Virus record (IMG/VR): IMGVR_UViG_3300017777_000502
Location: 1 to 31,780 of that record
Strand: one strand, 5' to 3'
Length of the DNA: 31,780 nt
From: a virus
Taxonomy: Duplodnaviria > Caudoviricetes
The first letter of the stretch is position 1. Each line of letters opens with the position of its first letter. Below are positions 8,597 to 17,388 of this stretch, piece after piece. The notes under the pieces were generated by a model, which was given only the letters and a program-made list of their open reading frames with translations, was not told where the DNA came from and searched no databases. The position numbers were made by a program, and so were the translations under genes.

Positions 8597-10830
8597 TCAT
8601 GGCAGAAAAAAAACCAACCACTAAAGACATTTATCTGCTGTCGCAGCGGCCTGATCTTGCTGCAATGTTTGATGAAACATATGGCCCAGGTGCTGCTGCG
8701 CAAGTGTTGTCAAAAGTCAAACCAGTTGCCTCGCAAACAGCGCCAAGCCAACCGACAGGAAGCTACACAGGCGCAGCGGTGCGAGGGCTTGCACCACCAT
8801 TGCTTGGTGCTGCCATGGGCGCTCCATTCGGCCCTGTGGGTATGCTTGCCGGAAGTTTGGCATTGCCTGCTGCTGATGCGTTAACTGCACTTTTAAACAC
8901 AGCAACTGCTGGCGCTGAAAAAGTTACGGGCGGTCAATATGGAAGAATTACAGCGCCATCTCAGGGCATACAAAATCTGCTGACTCAAGCTGGTGTGCCA
9001 CAAGCAGAGACAACTGGACAGAGAATGCTTCAAACTGGTGTTGGTGCAGTGGGTGGGGTTGCTTCTCAGTTGCCTGGCTTGCAGCGATTGGCAACACAAG
9101 CATCAACCCCATTGGCCCGAGCAATATCTCAGCAAATGGCGGTGCGACCTGTTGCACAAACTGCTGTTGCTTTGCCTGCTGGTGGGGCTGGTCAACTGGC
9201 CGCCGAGTCTACCCAAGCACTTGGCCCTATACCTTCAACCATTGCTTCCATGCTTGCGTCAACCGCAGTTGGTGGGGTGGGTATGGCTCAAAAGCCCCAA
9301 GCCTCTAGAACTGGCGCAGAAACTAGGGCCGCCACAGTTGCAGACAAAGCACGCAGTCTTGGCTTTACAGGAGAAACCGCACTGACTCCAGGCCAAGCTG
9401 GCACAAGCAGAACGGCCCAAATATTTGAGGCAGCCGCATCAACTTTACCAATGTCTGCTGGACAATTTACTAAGCGATACAGTCAGCAATCAGACTATGC
9501 GCAAGGCATCATTACAAAAATTGCTGATCTTTTTGGCGGTATGCCAGCCCAACCAGACACAGCATTTTCATCTGGTGCCAGTGCTGTCAAAAGTGCAGCC
9601 CAGCGAAATGTTGACAGTGTTGGAAGTCAGATTCGTCAAGTTGCTTCACAGACTGACATTGAACTGGCGCAAGTTCCAAAATTTGAAGAGTCAATCAAAA
9701 ATGCAAGGCAGCTTCTTTCTTCAATTCCACCAGCCTTGCGCAAAGACCCATTGTTTGAGAGTTTTGAACAGTTTTATTTTGGCAAGCCCAATGATGAATT
9801 AAAGACAATGGTTGAGTCTGCTTTGCAGCAAGCTGGCTTAAATCCTACAAATCAAAACTACAAAGCAACGCAGGCCAGCTTTAGAAAACAGCTTGTTGAC
9901 AGTGGCGTGCCTGAGTTTGAGTTTTTGGGTTATCAGCAAAGGGGCAAGATTGCAGGCAATGATTACCAAGACCAGCGGCAATTGTTTGGTGATCTGGCGT
10001 TTACAAACAAAGGCACCAAAGTTGGCGAAGCCTTTAGGGCACTGCGCAATTCTCTTGATGACGCAAGAGATGAAACCTTTAGGCAAGCAGGCATGGATGA
10101 CCAGATTGCAAAACTTAAAGAGTTGCGTGGGTCTTATGGCGCAGCAAAAGACTTGAACGACAAAATTAAAACAGCCAGCGACAAAACTGCTGTTGGTTAT
10201 GTAATGAGCAATCAAGACAGCTTTGCCAATAAGGTGTTGCCATTGATGAATGAGTCAGAAAAAACCTCTATGGCTCAAGCAATATTGGCTGACATTCAAT
10301 TGAACTCTATGTTTCCTACGGGTGAAATGGACATCACTAAATTTGGCCGAAACCTTATCAAAGACGTTAAGGCTTCTCCCACTACGTTGCCAAAAATCCT
10401 TGGGCCAGAAAATGCCGCAACATTGACAGACTTGGCACAGGTTGCGCAATCTGCACTGAAAGCCAAGGTGCCAACATCTGGAACAGCAGAACGATCCGGC
10501 ATGATGGGAATGCTCACCTCTATGCCTGCAAAGGTGGGGGCTGCAATGGCAGGTGGCACGGCCTTGACGGGTGAGCCTATTCTTGGAACAGCTTTGGCTT
10601 TAGGAACTCCGGCCTTGGCAACAAGGGCTTATCTTTCGCCCACAGCGCAAAGCTTGTACTCCAACATTGCAGACCCATTATTTAACTATGGGGCAGCACC
10701 AACCCTGCCAATGATGCAATACATGGGAAGCCCTGGCCTGCTAAATATTGAGTCGGCAAAAACTAGAATGCCTGACGAAGAAGAGCGTAGAAGGATGTCA
10801 AGCCTACTTGGTGATATTCGTTTGGACTGA
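8593..10830 (+). CDS. Large DNA ejection protein
   Basis: 745 aa with N- and C-terminal Gly/Ala-rich hydrophobic segments and a helical core. Last gene of the rightward late operon. Start is GTG 8593 (GTGA overlap) or ATG 8599. Confidence 0.65.
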   Translation: MIMAEKKPTTKDIYLLSQRPDLAAMFDETYGPGAAAQVLSKVKPVASQTAPSQPTGSYTGAAVRGLAPPLLGAAMGAPFGPVGMLAGSLALPAADALTALLNTATAGAEKVTGGQYGRITAPSQGIQNLLTQAGVPQAETTGQRMLQTGVGAVGGVASQLPGLQRLATQASTPLARAISQQMAVRPVAQTAVALPAGGAGQLAAESTQALGPIPSTIASMLASTAVGGVGMAQKPQASRTGAETRAATVADKARSLGFTGETALTPGQAGTSRTAQIFEAAASTLPMSAGQFTKRYSQQSDYAQGIITKIADLFGGMPAQPDTAFSSGASAVKSAAQRNVDSVGSQIRQVASQTDIELAQVPKFEESIKNARQLLSSIPPALRKDPLFESFEQFYFGKPNDELKTMVESALQQAGLNPTNQNYKATQASFRKQLVDSGVPEFEFLGYQQRGKIAGNDYQDQRQLFGDLAFTNKGTKVGEAFRALRNSLDDARDETFRQAGMDDQIAKLKELRGSYGAAKDLNDKIKTASDKTAVGYVMSNQDSFANKVLPLMNESEKTSMAQAILADIQLNSMFPTGEMDITKFGRNLIKDVKASPTTLPKILGPENAATLTDLAQVAQSALKAKVPTSGTAERSGMMGMLTSMPAKVGAAMAGGTALTGEPILGTALALGTPALATRAYLSPTAQSLYSNIADPLFNYGAAPTLPMMQYMGSPGLLNIESAKTRMPDEEERRRMSSLLGDIRLD

Positions 10831-11214
10831 CCCAAAAAACGCAGCCACCAGCGGGTCACGTTTCACGACCCGTCTTTGCTGTCTGCGCCTGGCATCCTTA
10901 AAAGCCTTGTCTTCAATAGACAAGGAACCCCGGTACTGTTGCACCCTTTGCGTGCTGGTGCGGCCAGTTGGCAGTGGGCAGTCAACGTCATCACCCTGCC
11001 CCAGCTTGTACTGTGGCCGCCAACGGTAACTTTCACCCGCAGGCATCCACCCGGCAATGTGCACAAGCCCCTGATCGTGCATGTCTTGCAGCACCCGCTG
11101 CACGGCGCGTCTATCGCAGTGGATGATGTCCATCAATTCACGGTCACATCTGGCGACACCATCGGCCAAAGCAATCAGCAGGCTGGGCCTGATGCGTGGT
11201 TTTAATCCTCGCAT
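10804..11214 (-). CDS. Winged-helix DNA-binding protein (putative)
   Basis: DRELMDIIHCDRRAVQRVLQDMHDQGLVHIAGW fits HTH plus wing; basic C-terminus. Confidence 0.6.
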   Translation of the reverse strand: MRGLKPRIRPSLLIALADGVARCDRELMDIIHCDRRAVQRVLQDMHDQGLVHIAGWMPAGESYRWRPQYKLGQGDDVDCPLPTGRTSTQRVQQYRGSLSIEDKAFKDARRRQQRRVVKRDPLVAAFFGSVQTNITK

Positions 11215-11399
11215 TTTTCGGCCTCATCCAGTTTGACTTTCCACAGTGCCAACTCCCGGCGTTTGACACGCTCTAGCATGGCCCGTGCAACATACGCACG
11301 GGTGCGCAGGTCTTGCGGGATGGCGTGGCCACTGCCATCAGGATCCAGCAGATCAGTCAGCAGGTCGATGCCTGCATCCAGTGCGGGTGTGAGGCTCAT
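11202..11399 (-). CDS. Hypothetical protein
   Basis: Part of a tightly packed leftward chain; its start overlaps the upstream stop (ATGA). Confidence 0.7.
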   Translation of the reverse strand: MSLTPALDAGIDLLTDLLDPDGSGHAIPQDLRTRAYVARAMLERVKRRELALWKVKLDEAEKCED

Positions 11400-11572
11400 T
11401 TGAGGTCACCAACGTCTTTGCGGTACACCAAGCCGTAGTGCATCAAGCTGGGCAACTTGAAGGCATCCATGGCCCCTGGGCGGCCTGCATAGGGCAGCAA
11501 CTCTTTGCCTTCGTATCGCCCCGACATCTTGTCGATCAAGTTGGGTGGGGTCTTAATAAATTTGTCGGCCAT
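11396..11572 (-). CDS. Hypothetical protein, 58 aa (not in ORF track)
   Basis: Read by hand: MADKFIKTPPNLIDKMSGRYEGKELLPYAGRPGAMDAFKLPSLMHYGLVYRKDVGDLK. Fills the gap exactly, with an ATGA overlap. Confidence 0.75.
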   Translation of the reverse strand: MADKFIKTPPNLIDKMSGRYEGKELLPYAGRPGAMDAFKLPSLMHYGLVYRKDVGDLK

Positions 11573-11762
11573 TTTCGATGCATCCTATGAGGTATTGAAG
11601 GGATTGAACTTTGCGCCAAGCTTGGTCAGACGATTGCAGGTCACTCGGGCAATTGCGCACGGCATGTGCTGGCAATGCCAACCCCCGTGCATCATCAAGC
11701 GCGTGCTGCAATTGGGCCTCAAGGTCGGGCAGGTCATCGGTGGTCAGGTCTTTGAGGCTCAT
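11553..11762 (-). CDS. Hypothetical protein, 69 aa
   Basis: MSLKDLTTDDLPDLEAQLQ...; start set by ATGA overlap with the upstream 34-aa ORF. Confidence 0.65.
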   Translation of the reverse strand: MSLKDLTTDDLPDLEAQLQHALDDARGLALPAHAVRNCPSDLQSSDQAWRKVQSLQYLIGCIENGRQIY

Positions 11763-11863
11763 TTGCGGCATCCCTTCAGGCAGGCTGGTGAATGTTTGGA
11801 CTGGCACACGCCAAGGATCTGGCAGCGTGTCAGTGGCTTGGGTTTGATCCAGATGGTCTTCAT
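11759..11863 (-). CDS. Small Cys-rich protein, 34 aa (not in ORF track)
   Basis: MKTIWIKPKPLTRCQILGVCQSKHSPACLKGCRK, with ATGA overlaps at both ends. Confidence 0.65.
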   Translation of the reverse strand: MKTIWIKPKPLTRCQILGVCQSKHSPACLKGCRK

Positions 11864-12138
11864 GCCTGATCCTTTGTGTAAAGCGCAATTGGCTTGTATA
11901 CGCTTGAAGGTTTTTTCCATCGAAAATATTTGTGGCCAACTGCGTTCTCACAGAGGTATGCAATCGGCTCAGGAATTGTTATTGAGATCACGCCAGTCTG
12001 GCTGGGTGGCGGCTGCTCCAGGTACTCAGCATAAACACGATCAGCAACAAGGTCAGCAAAACGCTGCAAAGCCTTGGGGTGATCCAGATGGCAGGCTGGC
12101 AAATTGGCCTCTCTGGCCAAGTCCATGATCGTCTTCAT
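11860..12138 (-). CDS. Hypothetical protein, 92 aa
   Basis: MKTIMDLAREA...LQRFADLV...EPIAY...IALYT, with ATGA overlaps at both ends. Confidence 0.7.
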   Translation of the reverse strand: MKTIMDLAREANLPACHLDHPKALQRFADLVADRVYAEYLEQPPPSQTGVISITIPEPIAYLCENAVGHKYFRWKKPSSVYKPIALYTKDQA

Positions 12139-12278
12139 GCCGACCACCCATAAAACAAGGCAGCAGCCAAGCCGATGCCAATGACCAAGGCGGTGATCAG
12201 GTCCAGTGCAGCCTCTGCACGGGCGTGCAGCTTGGCGGCTCTGACTTGGTAGTGCTGGTGATATTTTTGGTGTTTCAT
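12135..12278 (-). CDS. Small membrane protein, 47 aa (not in ORF track)
   Basis: MKHQKYHQHYQVRAAKLHARAEAALDLITALVIGIGLAAALFYGWSA; AAGGA RBS and ATGA overlap. Confidence 0.7.
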   Translation of the reverse strand: MKHQKYHQHYQVRAAKLHARAEAALDLITALVIGIGLAAALFYGWSA

Positions 12279-12286
12279 AATGTTCC

Positions 12287-12946
12287 TTAAAACAATTCTT
12301 GCTCAACTTGAATGCACAAATCTGGTCCATCGTCATACCGCTGCTGATCGCATTTGGGATACAACTTCAGCACTGGGTAATTCAGCTTTTCTTGCATCAT
12401 TCGGCGCTGTCGCTTGTCGCCAACAAACTGAAAATAACGGTGCTTGTCCATGGGCTTGACCATTTCAATGCCATTCTCTTTGGCCCATCGTGTTGGGTCT
12501 GTTATGCCTCTGTCCCTCAAAGTCATTGGATGCGTGCGCTTGCCATCAACGATATAGGCTTTGTCATGGCTCTTGGTGGCTCCCGTATACAGCCAGTTAG
12601 TGGCCTGATAAATGATGCCGCAATGGTTTTGCTCCATGTCGGCATAACTAATCACGGCGCATGGCTTTGGCTCCAACAACTTCAAGCTGTTGGCCACCAA
12701 AAAACTTGAAGCGTTTTTTGTCTTGGACTGCACCACCACACGGGCCAATTCATACAGCCTGAATTCCCTGTCCTTGAATGCGTGCTTTTGAATTGGCGGG
12801 GATGGCTGGCCATACACTGCAACACCTGTAATTTGGCCATCCTCCTCAAGCCCAAAGCCAGCCCAAAAAATAGAGGCTCTGCGGCTGTAGTGTTTGGTCA
12901 GAACAAATTGCTCTGCCACCTGTTTTGAAATTGGTATGACGTTCAT
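12287..12946 (-). CDS. mom: Mom-family adenine modification enzyme (GNAT fold)
   Basis: Motifs HYS, GVAVYGQP, ELAR, SFLVANSLK and VISYAD....HCGIIYQATNWLYTG are characteristic of phage Mu Mom homologues. Confidence 0.8.
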   Translation of the reverse strand: MNVIPISKQVAEQFVLTKHYSRRASIFWAGFGLEEDGQITGVAVYGQPSPPIQKHAFKDREFRLYELARVVVQSKTKNASSFLVANSLKLLEPKPCAVISYADMEQNHCGIIYQATNWLYTGATKSHDKAYIVDGKRTHPMTLRDRGITDPTRWAKENGIEMVKPMDKHRYFQFVGDKRQRRMMQEKLNYPVLKLYPKCDQQRYDDGPDLCIQVEQELF

Positions 12947-12957
12947 TTGCAGCACCT

Positions 12958-13143
12958 TTAAACGCTCTTGATTGCTTCTTTGCATTTGGCAAGCCACTCA
13001 GGTGCATAACCAGCATCAAAGTCCACATCGCCAGTCAGCAGCCAATACGCAGACGCTATGTCGTTTGTGCCAAATTCTTGAACACGGCTGCGGCCTTCAT
13101 AACCATTCCAGTTGCCCCAGATGTTTTGCTTTATTTTTCGCAT
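12958..13143 (-). CDS. Hypothetical protein, 61 aa
   Basis: Fills the gap in the leftward early chain; purine-rich RBS region. Confidence 0.65.
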   Translation of the reverse strand: MRKIKQNIWGNWNGYEGRSRVQEFGTNDIASAYWLLTGDVDFDAGYAPEWLAKCKEAIKSV

Positions 13144-13157
13144 CGTTTTCTTTCTGT

Positions 13158-13176
13158 GGAAAGGGGCCGAAGCCCC
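13158..13176 (-). terminator. cUUCGg hairpin, weak terminator or RNA-stabilising stem
   Basis: Minus strand reads GGGGC-TTCG-GCCCC-TTTCC, just after the 49-aa ORF stop. The U-tract is short. Confidence 0.55.
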
Positions 13177-13184
13177 GTGGGTGA

Positions 13185-13334
13185 TTAGGCTGCGTTATAA
13201 GCAGGGACTGGGATGTAGCCATACTTTTTCCATTCCATCCGAATCAGTGGGCTGTATGTGGCTTTGCTGTTTTTCGCAACTGTCATTGCGCCATGTACTT
13301 GTGCGCGAACTGCGTAAATTTGTGATTTGGTCAT
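13185..13334 (-). CDS. Hypothetical protein, 49 aa (first early gene; not in ORF track)
   Basis: MTKSQIYAVRAQVHGAMTVAKNSKATYSPLIRMEWKKYGYIPVPAYNAA; GGAG RBS, downstream of the leftward promoter. Confidence 0.7.
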   Translation of the reverse strand: MTKSQIYAVRAQVHGAMTVAKNSKATYSPLIRMEWKKYGYIPVPAYNAA

Positions 13335-13389
13335 GTCGTTTTCTCCGGTTTAGTCGTTACCCAGAACAAATGCTGTGCTGGTGAAACGT

Positions 13390-13418
13390 ATTATGCACTA
13401 AATTAAAAGACAATGCAA
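13390..13418 (-). promoter_or_regulatory. Leftward sigma70-like early promoter
   Basis: Minus strand TTGCAT-N17-CATAAT in an AT-rich intergenic region. Confidence 0.65.
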
Positions 13419-13470
13419 CGACCCTACAAAACAGTCAACTATTAACAAAGAATGCAAGTAAAATGCTGGC

Positions 13471-13659
13471 ATGACATCTGTTCACGACATCCGCACCTTG
13501 GCCAAGCAGCACGGCATCTCCATGAAGGCCGTATGCCTCGAAGCCAAAATACAACAGCCCCAGGTCAGCAGATGGCTGAGTGGGGCTGTGGATCCTCTGT
13601 GGGGGTCAGTCAATCAGCTTGAACAGGCACTGCTTAAGCTGATTGGTGCCAAGGGCTGA
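13471..13659 (+). CDS. Cro/C1-type HTH regulator, probably leaderless
   Basis: AKQHGISMKAVCLEAKIQQPQVSRWLSG HTH pattern. TAAAAT at 13459-13464 lies 6 nt before the ATG and there is no SD. Confidence 0.8.
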   Translation: MTSVHDIRTLAKQHGISMKAVCLEAKIQQPQVSRWLSGAVDPLWGSVNQLEQALLKLIGAKG

Positions 13660-14232
13660 TTACCAGTCATCTCCAACGTCAGCAGTGGCCACGGGTGCTG
13701 GCGCTGCACCCCGGCTGATGCCGAAGTCGGCGGCAGCAGTCGGCTTGGCACCACCCAATGGGTCACCCTTCTTCACCAACAGGATGTTGTTCAGGCCGAA
13801 CGACACACCATTGTTGCCAGCCTGGCTGTAGGCGTAAGCATTTAGCGACACACGAATGTAGTCCCCCGAAACAATGTCATCGCTGCCGATCAGGTCATTG
13901 CCATGCGTATCAATCGCGCCAGGCTTACTGGTGCTCTTGACGTTGCAAAAGAAATGGCCCTGATACTCACGGCCCAAAGGAGAACCATCAGTCTTGGTTT
14001 CGGTGTCGCCATCCCTGAGTGGATTGCGCACGTTCTTGGGGATCTTGTCCCCAAACTTGGCTTGCAGCGCCTCTTTGGCCGCAGCCTTGAGTGCTGTCAG
14101 CGTGTCCTTGTCGGACTTGGGAATCAAAATCTGCGTGCTAAATTCATCCTTACCGGAAAGTTCATTCTTGCGAGGTGCAAGTGCAGAGAAATACGAGGTG
14201 CGGACCTCGCCAGTGGTGACTCTAGTTGTCAT
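13660..14232 (-). CDS. Single-stranded DNA-binding protein (DUF2815, T7 gp2.5-like)
   Basis: PLRDGD, SGDYIRVSLNAYAY..AGNNGVSFGLNNI..VKKGDPLGG, and an acidic tail ending in an aromatic residue (GDDW). Confidence 0.88.
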   Translation of the reverse strand: MTTRVTTGEVRTSYFSALAPRKNELSGKDEFSTQILIPKSDKDTLTALKAAAKEALQAKFGDKIPKNVRNPLRDGDTETKTDGSPLGREYQGHFFCNVKSTSKPGAIDTHGNDLIGSDDIVSGDYIRVSLNAYAYSQAGNNGVSFGLNNILLVKKGDPLGGAKPTAAADFGISRGAAPAPVATADVGDDW

Positions 14233-14283
14233 GATCGTTTCTTTCAGATTGATCGTTTAAAGGTTTTCAGCGCCATCACCTGA

Positions 14284-14345
14284 TGACGCAATTGCACTTT
14301 AGCACAAATATTTTTCTTGCGTCAAAAAAAATAGGGATGCACAAT
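14284..14345. promoter_or_regulatory. Overlapping divergent promoters with 8-bp inverted repeat
   Basis: Rightward TTGCGT(14317-22)-N17-CACAAT(14340-45). Leftward TTGACG(14325-20)-N18-TAAAGT(14301-14296) with TGn. Inverted repeat TGACGCAA (14284-91) / TTGCGTCA (14317-24). Confidence 0.65.
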
Positions 14346-14380
14346 GGCGACTCATTTCAACCGTGAAACCGAGGAAACCG

Positions 14381-15598
14381 ATGAACCTGTACCCGCATCA
14401 GGAAACTGCCAAACAGTTTCTGCTCACCCAAAAGAGGGCCATTCTGGCCGACCAGCCGCGAGTCGGCAAGACACTGCCAACAGCAGCCGCAGCCCTCGAA
14501 AACCTCCCCGCCTTGATCGTCTGCCCAGCCATTGCAAAAACGGTCTGGGAAGCCGCATTCTGCAAGCTGTCCAACGCCTCTGTGCGTGTTGTCAACGGTA
14601 AGAATGACGCCATGAAGACCACCAACCATCAGGTGGTCATCATCAACTACGACCTGCTGCAATACTTCAACAATGCGGGTTACCGCACGCTGGTGCTGGA
14701 TGAGTGCCATCGCATCAAGAACCCCTTGGCAAAACGCACCGCATCCGCATCCCTACTGATGAAGCAGATTGACCGTGTGTATGCCTTATCTGGCACGCCT
14801 ATCCCCAACAGGCCCGTAGAACTGTGGCCCATCTTGCACGGCCTGGGTATTTACCGTGGCGGCTGGTACGACTTTGCGGCCAGGTACGCCAAGATGTGGA
14901 AATCGCCATGGGGCTTAGATGTCTCAGGCTCCAGCAACATCCCCGAACTCAAGGCACTGATGAAGCCCCATGTGCTGCGGCGCAAAAAAGAGGATGTGTT
15001 CAAAGACTATCGTGATCCACAGGTGTCACTCATCACCTTTGATCTGCCCAATGACAAGCGTGAGCAGCAATTCGATGCTGATGCCTTGGCGGCCAACCCC
15101 AACGCCTTGCTGGCCTTTGAAGGCTTGGCAGAGATCATGAAAGAAGCGGGTATGCGCAAAGTCAATTTAGCAGCCGAATTCATTGATGACCTGCTGAACT
15201 CTGGTGAACCCGTGGTGGTCTTTGCGCACCACAAGGATGTGGTGGCCGAACTAGTCAAAGAACTCAAGGCCCACAAGCCTGTGACGGTGGTCGGCGACAC
15301 GCCAAGAGCGCAGCGCGACAAGGCCATTGAAGCCTTTCAAGCTGGCAAGACCAAATGCATCATCGGCAACATTGCGGCTATGAGCGAAGGTGTGGACCTG
15401 AGTGCAGCCGACACGATCGTCTTTGTCGAGTGCACTTGGTCAACGTCTGCACTGGAGCAGGCCAGCAGCCGGGTCGAGAACATCACCAAGAACGGCATCC
15501 AGCCCGTCATCTACATCTTGACCATCAGGGCATCCCTTGACCACACCGTGCTGGCCAAGGTGCTGAAGAAGTTGAATGTCGTTAACCAAATCATTTGA
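14381..15598 (+). CDS. SNF2-family (SF2) helicase
   Basis: [10 protein letters not shown] (Walker A), LVLDECH (Walker B), [15 protein letters not shown] and QASSR. GAGGA RBS before ATG 14381. Confidence 0.9.
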   Translation: MNLYPHQETAKQFLLTQKRAILADQPRVGKTLPTAAAALENLPALIVCPAIAKTVWEAAFCKLSNASVRVVNGKNDAMKTTNHQVVIINYDLLQYFNNAGYRTLVLDECHRIKNPLAKRTASASLLMKQIDRVYALSGTPIPNRPVELWPILHGLGIYRGGWYDFAARYAKMWKSPWGLDVSGSSNIPELKALMKPHVLRRKKEDVFKDYRDPQVSLITFDLPNDKREQQFDADALAANPNALLAFEGLAEIMKEAGMRKVNLAAEFIDDLLNSGEPVVVFAHHKDVVAELVKELKAHKPVTVVGDTPRAQRDKAIEAFQAGKTKCIIGNIAAMSEGVDLSAADTIVFVECTWSTSALEQASSRVENITKNGIQPVIYILTIRASLDHTVLAKVLKKLNVVNQII

Positions 15599-15606
15599 GG
15601 TCATAT

Positions 15607-16272
15607 ATGAAAGTAGAAATTGGAGACGCAACGCTGTACCTAGGCGACTGCATGGACATTTTGCCTACGCTGCAAAAGGTGGATGCGGTAATTACTGACC
15701 CGCCTTATGGTCTTGCTGAAAAATTGCAGGGCGGTACTTGGGGAAAAGCATTTGAAGGCGCTTACAAGGACTGGGATGCGGCGGCTCCCGTTGAGCTTGT
15801 TCAAGCGGCTTTACGGCTATCAGATAAAGCCATTGTTTGGGGTGGAAATTACTTTCAATTCCCGCCTTCACGATGCTGGCTGACATGGATTAAGCGGGAT
15901 GCCGTTCGAACAATGGCTGGATGCGAGCTTGCGTGGACAAACTTTGATGCAAACGCCAAGTTTTTTGATTGGACGATTGCCGCCACAAATGCAGAGCGTG
16001 TTGCACATCCGACACAAAAGCCGCTTGCCTTGATGAAGTGGTGCATCGATCAAGCTGGTAACCCTGAAACCATCCTAGACCCATTTATGGGCAGCGGGAC
16101 AACTGGCGTGGCTGCTGTGCAAATGGGCCGCAAGTTCATAGGCATTGAGCGCGAACAAAAATACTTTGAAATTGCTTGTCAACGAATTGAGAAAGCATAT
16201 GCGCAACAGTCTTTATTCGACAGGTCCAACGGCATAACCGCCAGCGACTTCAAACAGCAACCACTTATTTAA
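15607..16272 (+). CDS. DNA amino-methyltransferase (N4-C/N6-A, beta class)
   Basis: Motif IV TDPPY precedes HPTQKP and motif [11 protein letters not shown]; GIERE. Confidence 0.92.
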   Translation: MKVEIGDATLYLGDCMDILPTLQKVDAVITDPPYGLAEKLQGGTWGKAFEGAYKDWDAAAPVELVQAALRLSDKAIVWGGNYFQFPPSRCWLTWIKRDAVRTMAGCELAWTNFDANAKFFDWTIAATNAERVAHPTQKPLALMKWCIDQAGNPETILDPFMGSGTTGVAAVQMGRKFIGIEREQKYFEIACQRIEKAYAQQSLFDRSNGITASDFKQQPLI

Positions 16273-16280
16273 GAACTACC

Positions 16281-17306
16281 ATGCAACACACTGAACGCAA
16301 ACACGCACGCCTATCAGCATCACGCACTGAGCGATTTATGCAATGCCCAGGCTCTGTGCGTCTGGAATCACAAATGCCTGATGAGCCACCAGGCGAGGCC
16401 GCAGCCATCGGCACGGCCATCCATGAACTGTCCGAAAAGCTGCTGCGTGGCGAACGCATCAACCCCAACGACTACCCAACCGATCACTTCAGCATGGCCA
16501 TGGAGTACGTTGAATTCATCAACACCTTGGTCGAGAAGCCCCGCAAACGCATGATTGAGGTCAACGTGGATGCTGGCCTCAAGTCGCTGCATCATGCCCT
16601 TGGCGGCACGGCTGACGCTGTGCTGGTCGATGGCAACCACCTCCATGTCATCGACCTCAAGACTGGCCGTGTGCTGGTCGAGGCCGAGAACAACAAGCAA
16701 CTGATGACCTATGCCCTTGGGGTCATGCGGCAGTTCAACGCACCCATTGACATCACCTGCACCATGCACATCTTCCAGCCCCGTGCTGGCCACAGCAAGT
16801 GGACCATCAGCGGCATCGATCTGGTCAACCATGGCCATGACCTGCGCAACGCTGCCGCCTTGGCCTTAACGCCCGATGCCCCCACAAACCCATCACCCGA
16901 TGCCTGCAAATATTGCCGAGCCAAAACCATCTGCCCGTCCATGCGCCAAAAGGTCCAAGACAATGCACGCAAAGACTTTGCCACCGACACGGCCATCACG
17001 CCTGAGATGATTGATCTGGCCAAGATGGCAGAAACATGGGCCGATGCCGTGCTGACTGCCGCCAAGCAGCAACTGACCAACGGCAGCACCATTGCAGGCT
17101 GGAATCTCAAGCCAGGCCGCAAGACCCGTTTCTGGAAGTCTGAGGAGTTGGCCGCTGCTGCCTTAAAAGACCACCCCAAAGCCTTCACCCTGCGAAGCCC
17201 TGCCGCCATTGCTGACCTGAAGATTGAGGTGTCTGAAGACCTGATCGGCATCACTCATGCCGCCCCAAGTCTTGCCAAAGACAAGGCCAAAAAGTCCGAA
17301 GAATAG
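16281..17306 (+). CDS. DUF2800-family PD-(D/E)XK exonuclease (Cas4-like Fe-S)
   Basis: HARLSAS...CPGS, GTAIH, GGTAD, IDLKTG, QL..YALG and C-terminal CKYC....C, giving four Cys. Confidence 0.85.
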   Translation: MQHTERKHARLSASRTERFMQCPGSVRLESQMPDEPPGEAAAIGTAIHELSEKLLRGERINPNDYPTDHFSMAMEYVEFINTLVEKPRKRMIEVNVDAGLKSLHHALGGTADAVLVDGNHLHVIDLKTGRVLVEAENNKQLMTYALGVMRQFNAPIDITCTMHIFQPRAGHSKWTISGIDLVNHGHDLRNAAALALTPDAPTNPSPDACKYCRAKTICPSMRQKVQDNARKDFATDTAITPEMIDLAKMAETWADAVLTAAKQQLTNGSTIAGWNLKPGRKTRFWKSEELAAAALKDHPKAFTLRSPAAIADLKIEVSEDLIGITHAAPSLAKDKAKKSEE

Positions 17307-17325
17307 AATTCATTCCCCAACCCCC

Positions 17326-17364
17326 AAAAAGAAAGCCCCTGCGTGACGCGAATCACGCAAGGGC
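17326..17364 (-). terminator. Intrinsic terminator on the antisense strand upstream of the primase gene
   Basis: Minus strand GCCCTTGCGTGA-TTCGCG-TCACGCAGGGGC-TTTCTTTTT: a 12-bp stem with one G-U pair, then a U-tract. Confidence 0.65.
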
Positions 17365-17388
17365 CAAGTTCCCAACTTAGGAGTTCCA

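Noticed and set aside
13374-13401. Second Xer-like half-site (minus strand TTAGTGCATAA)
   Set aside because: There is no XerD arm at the required 6-bp spacing, and the sequence is explained by the promoter -10.
15607-16272. Restriction-modification system
   Set aside because: No cognate restriction endonuclease is adjacent, so this looks like an orphan phage methylase.
16281-17306. Cas4-like gene as part of a CRISPR-Cas system
   Set aside because: There are no other cas genes and no array. DUF2800 nucleases are routine in phage replication modules.
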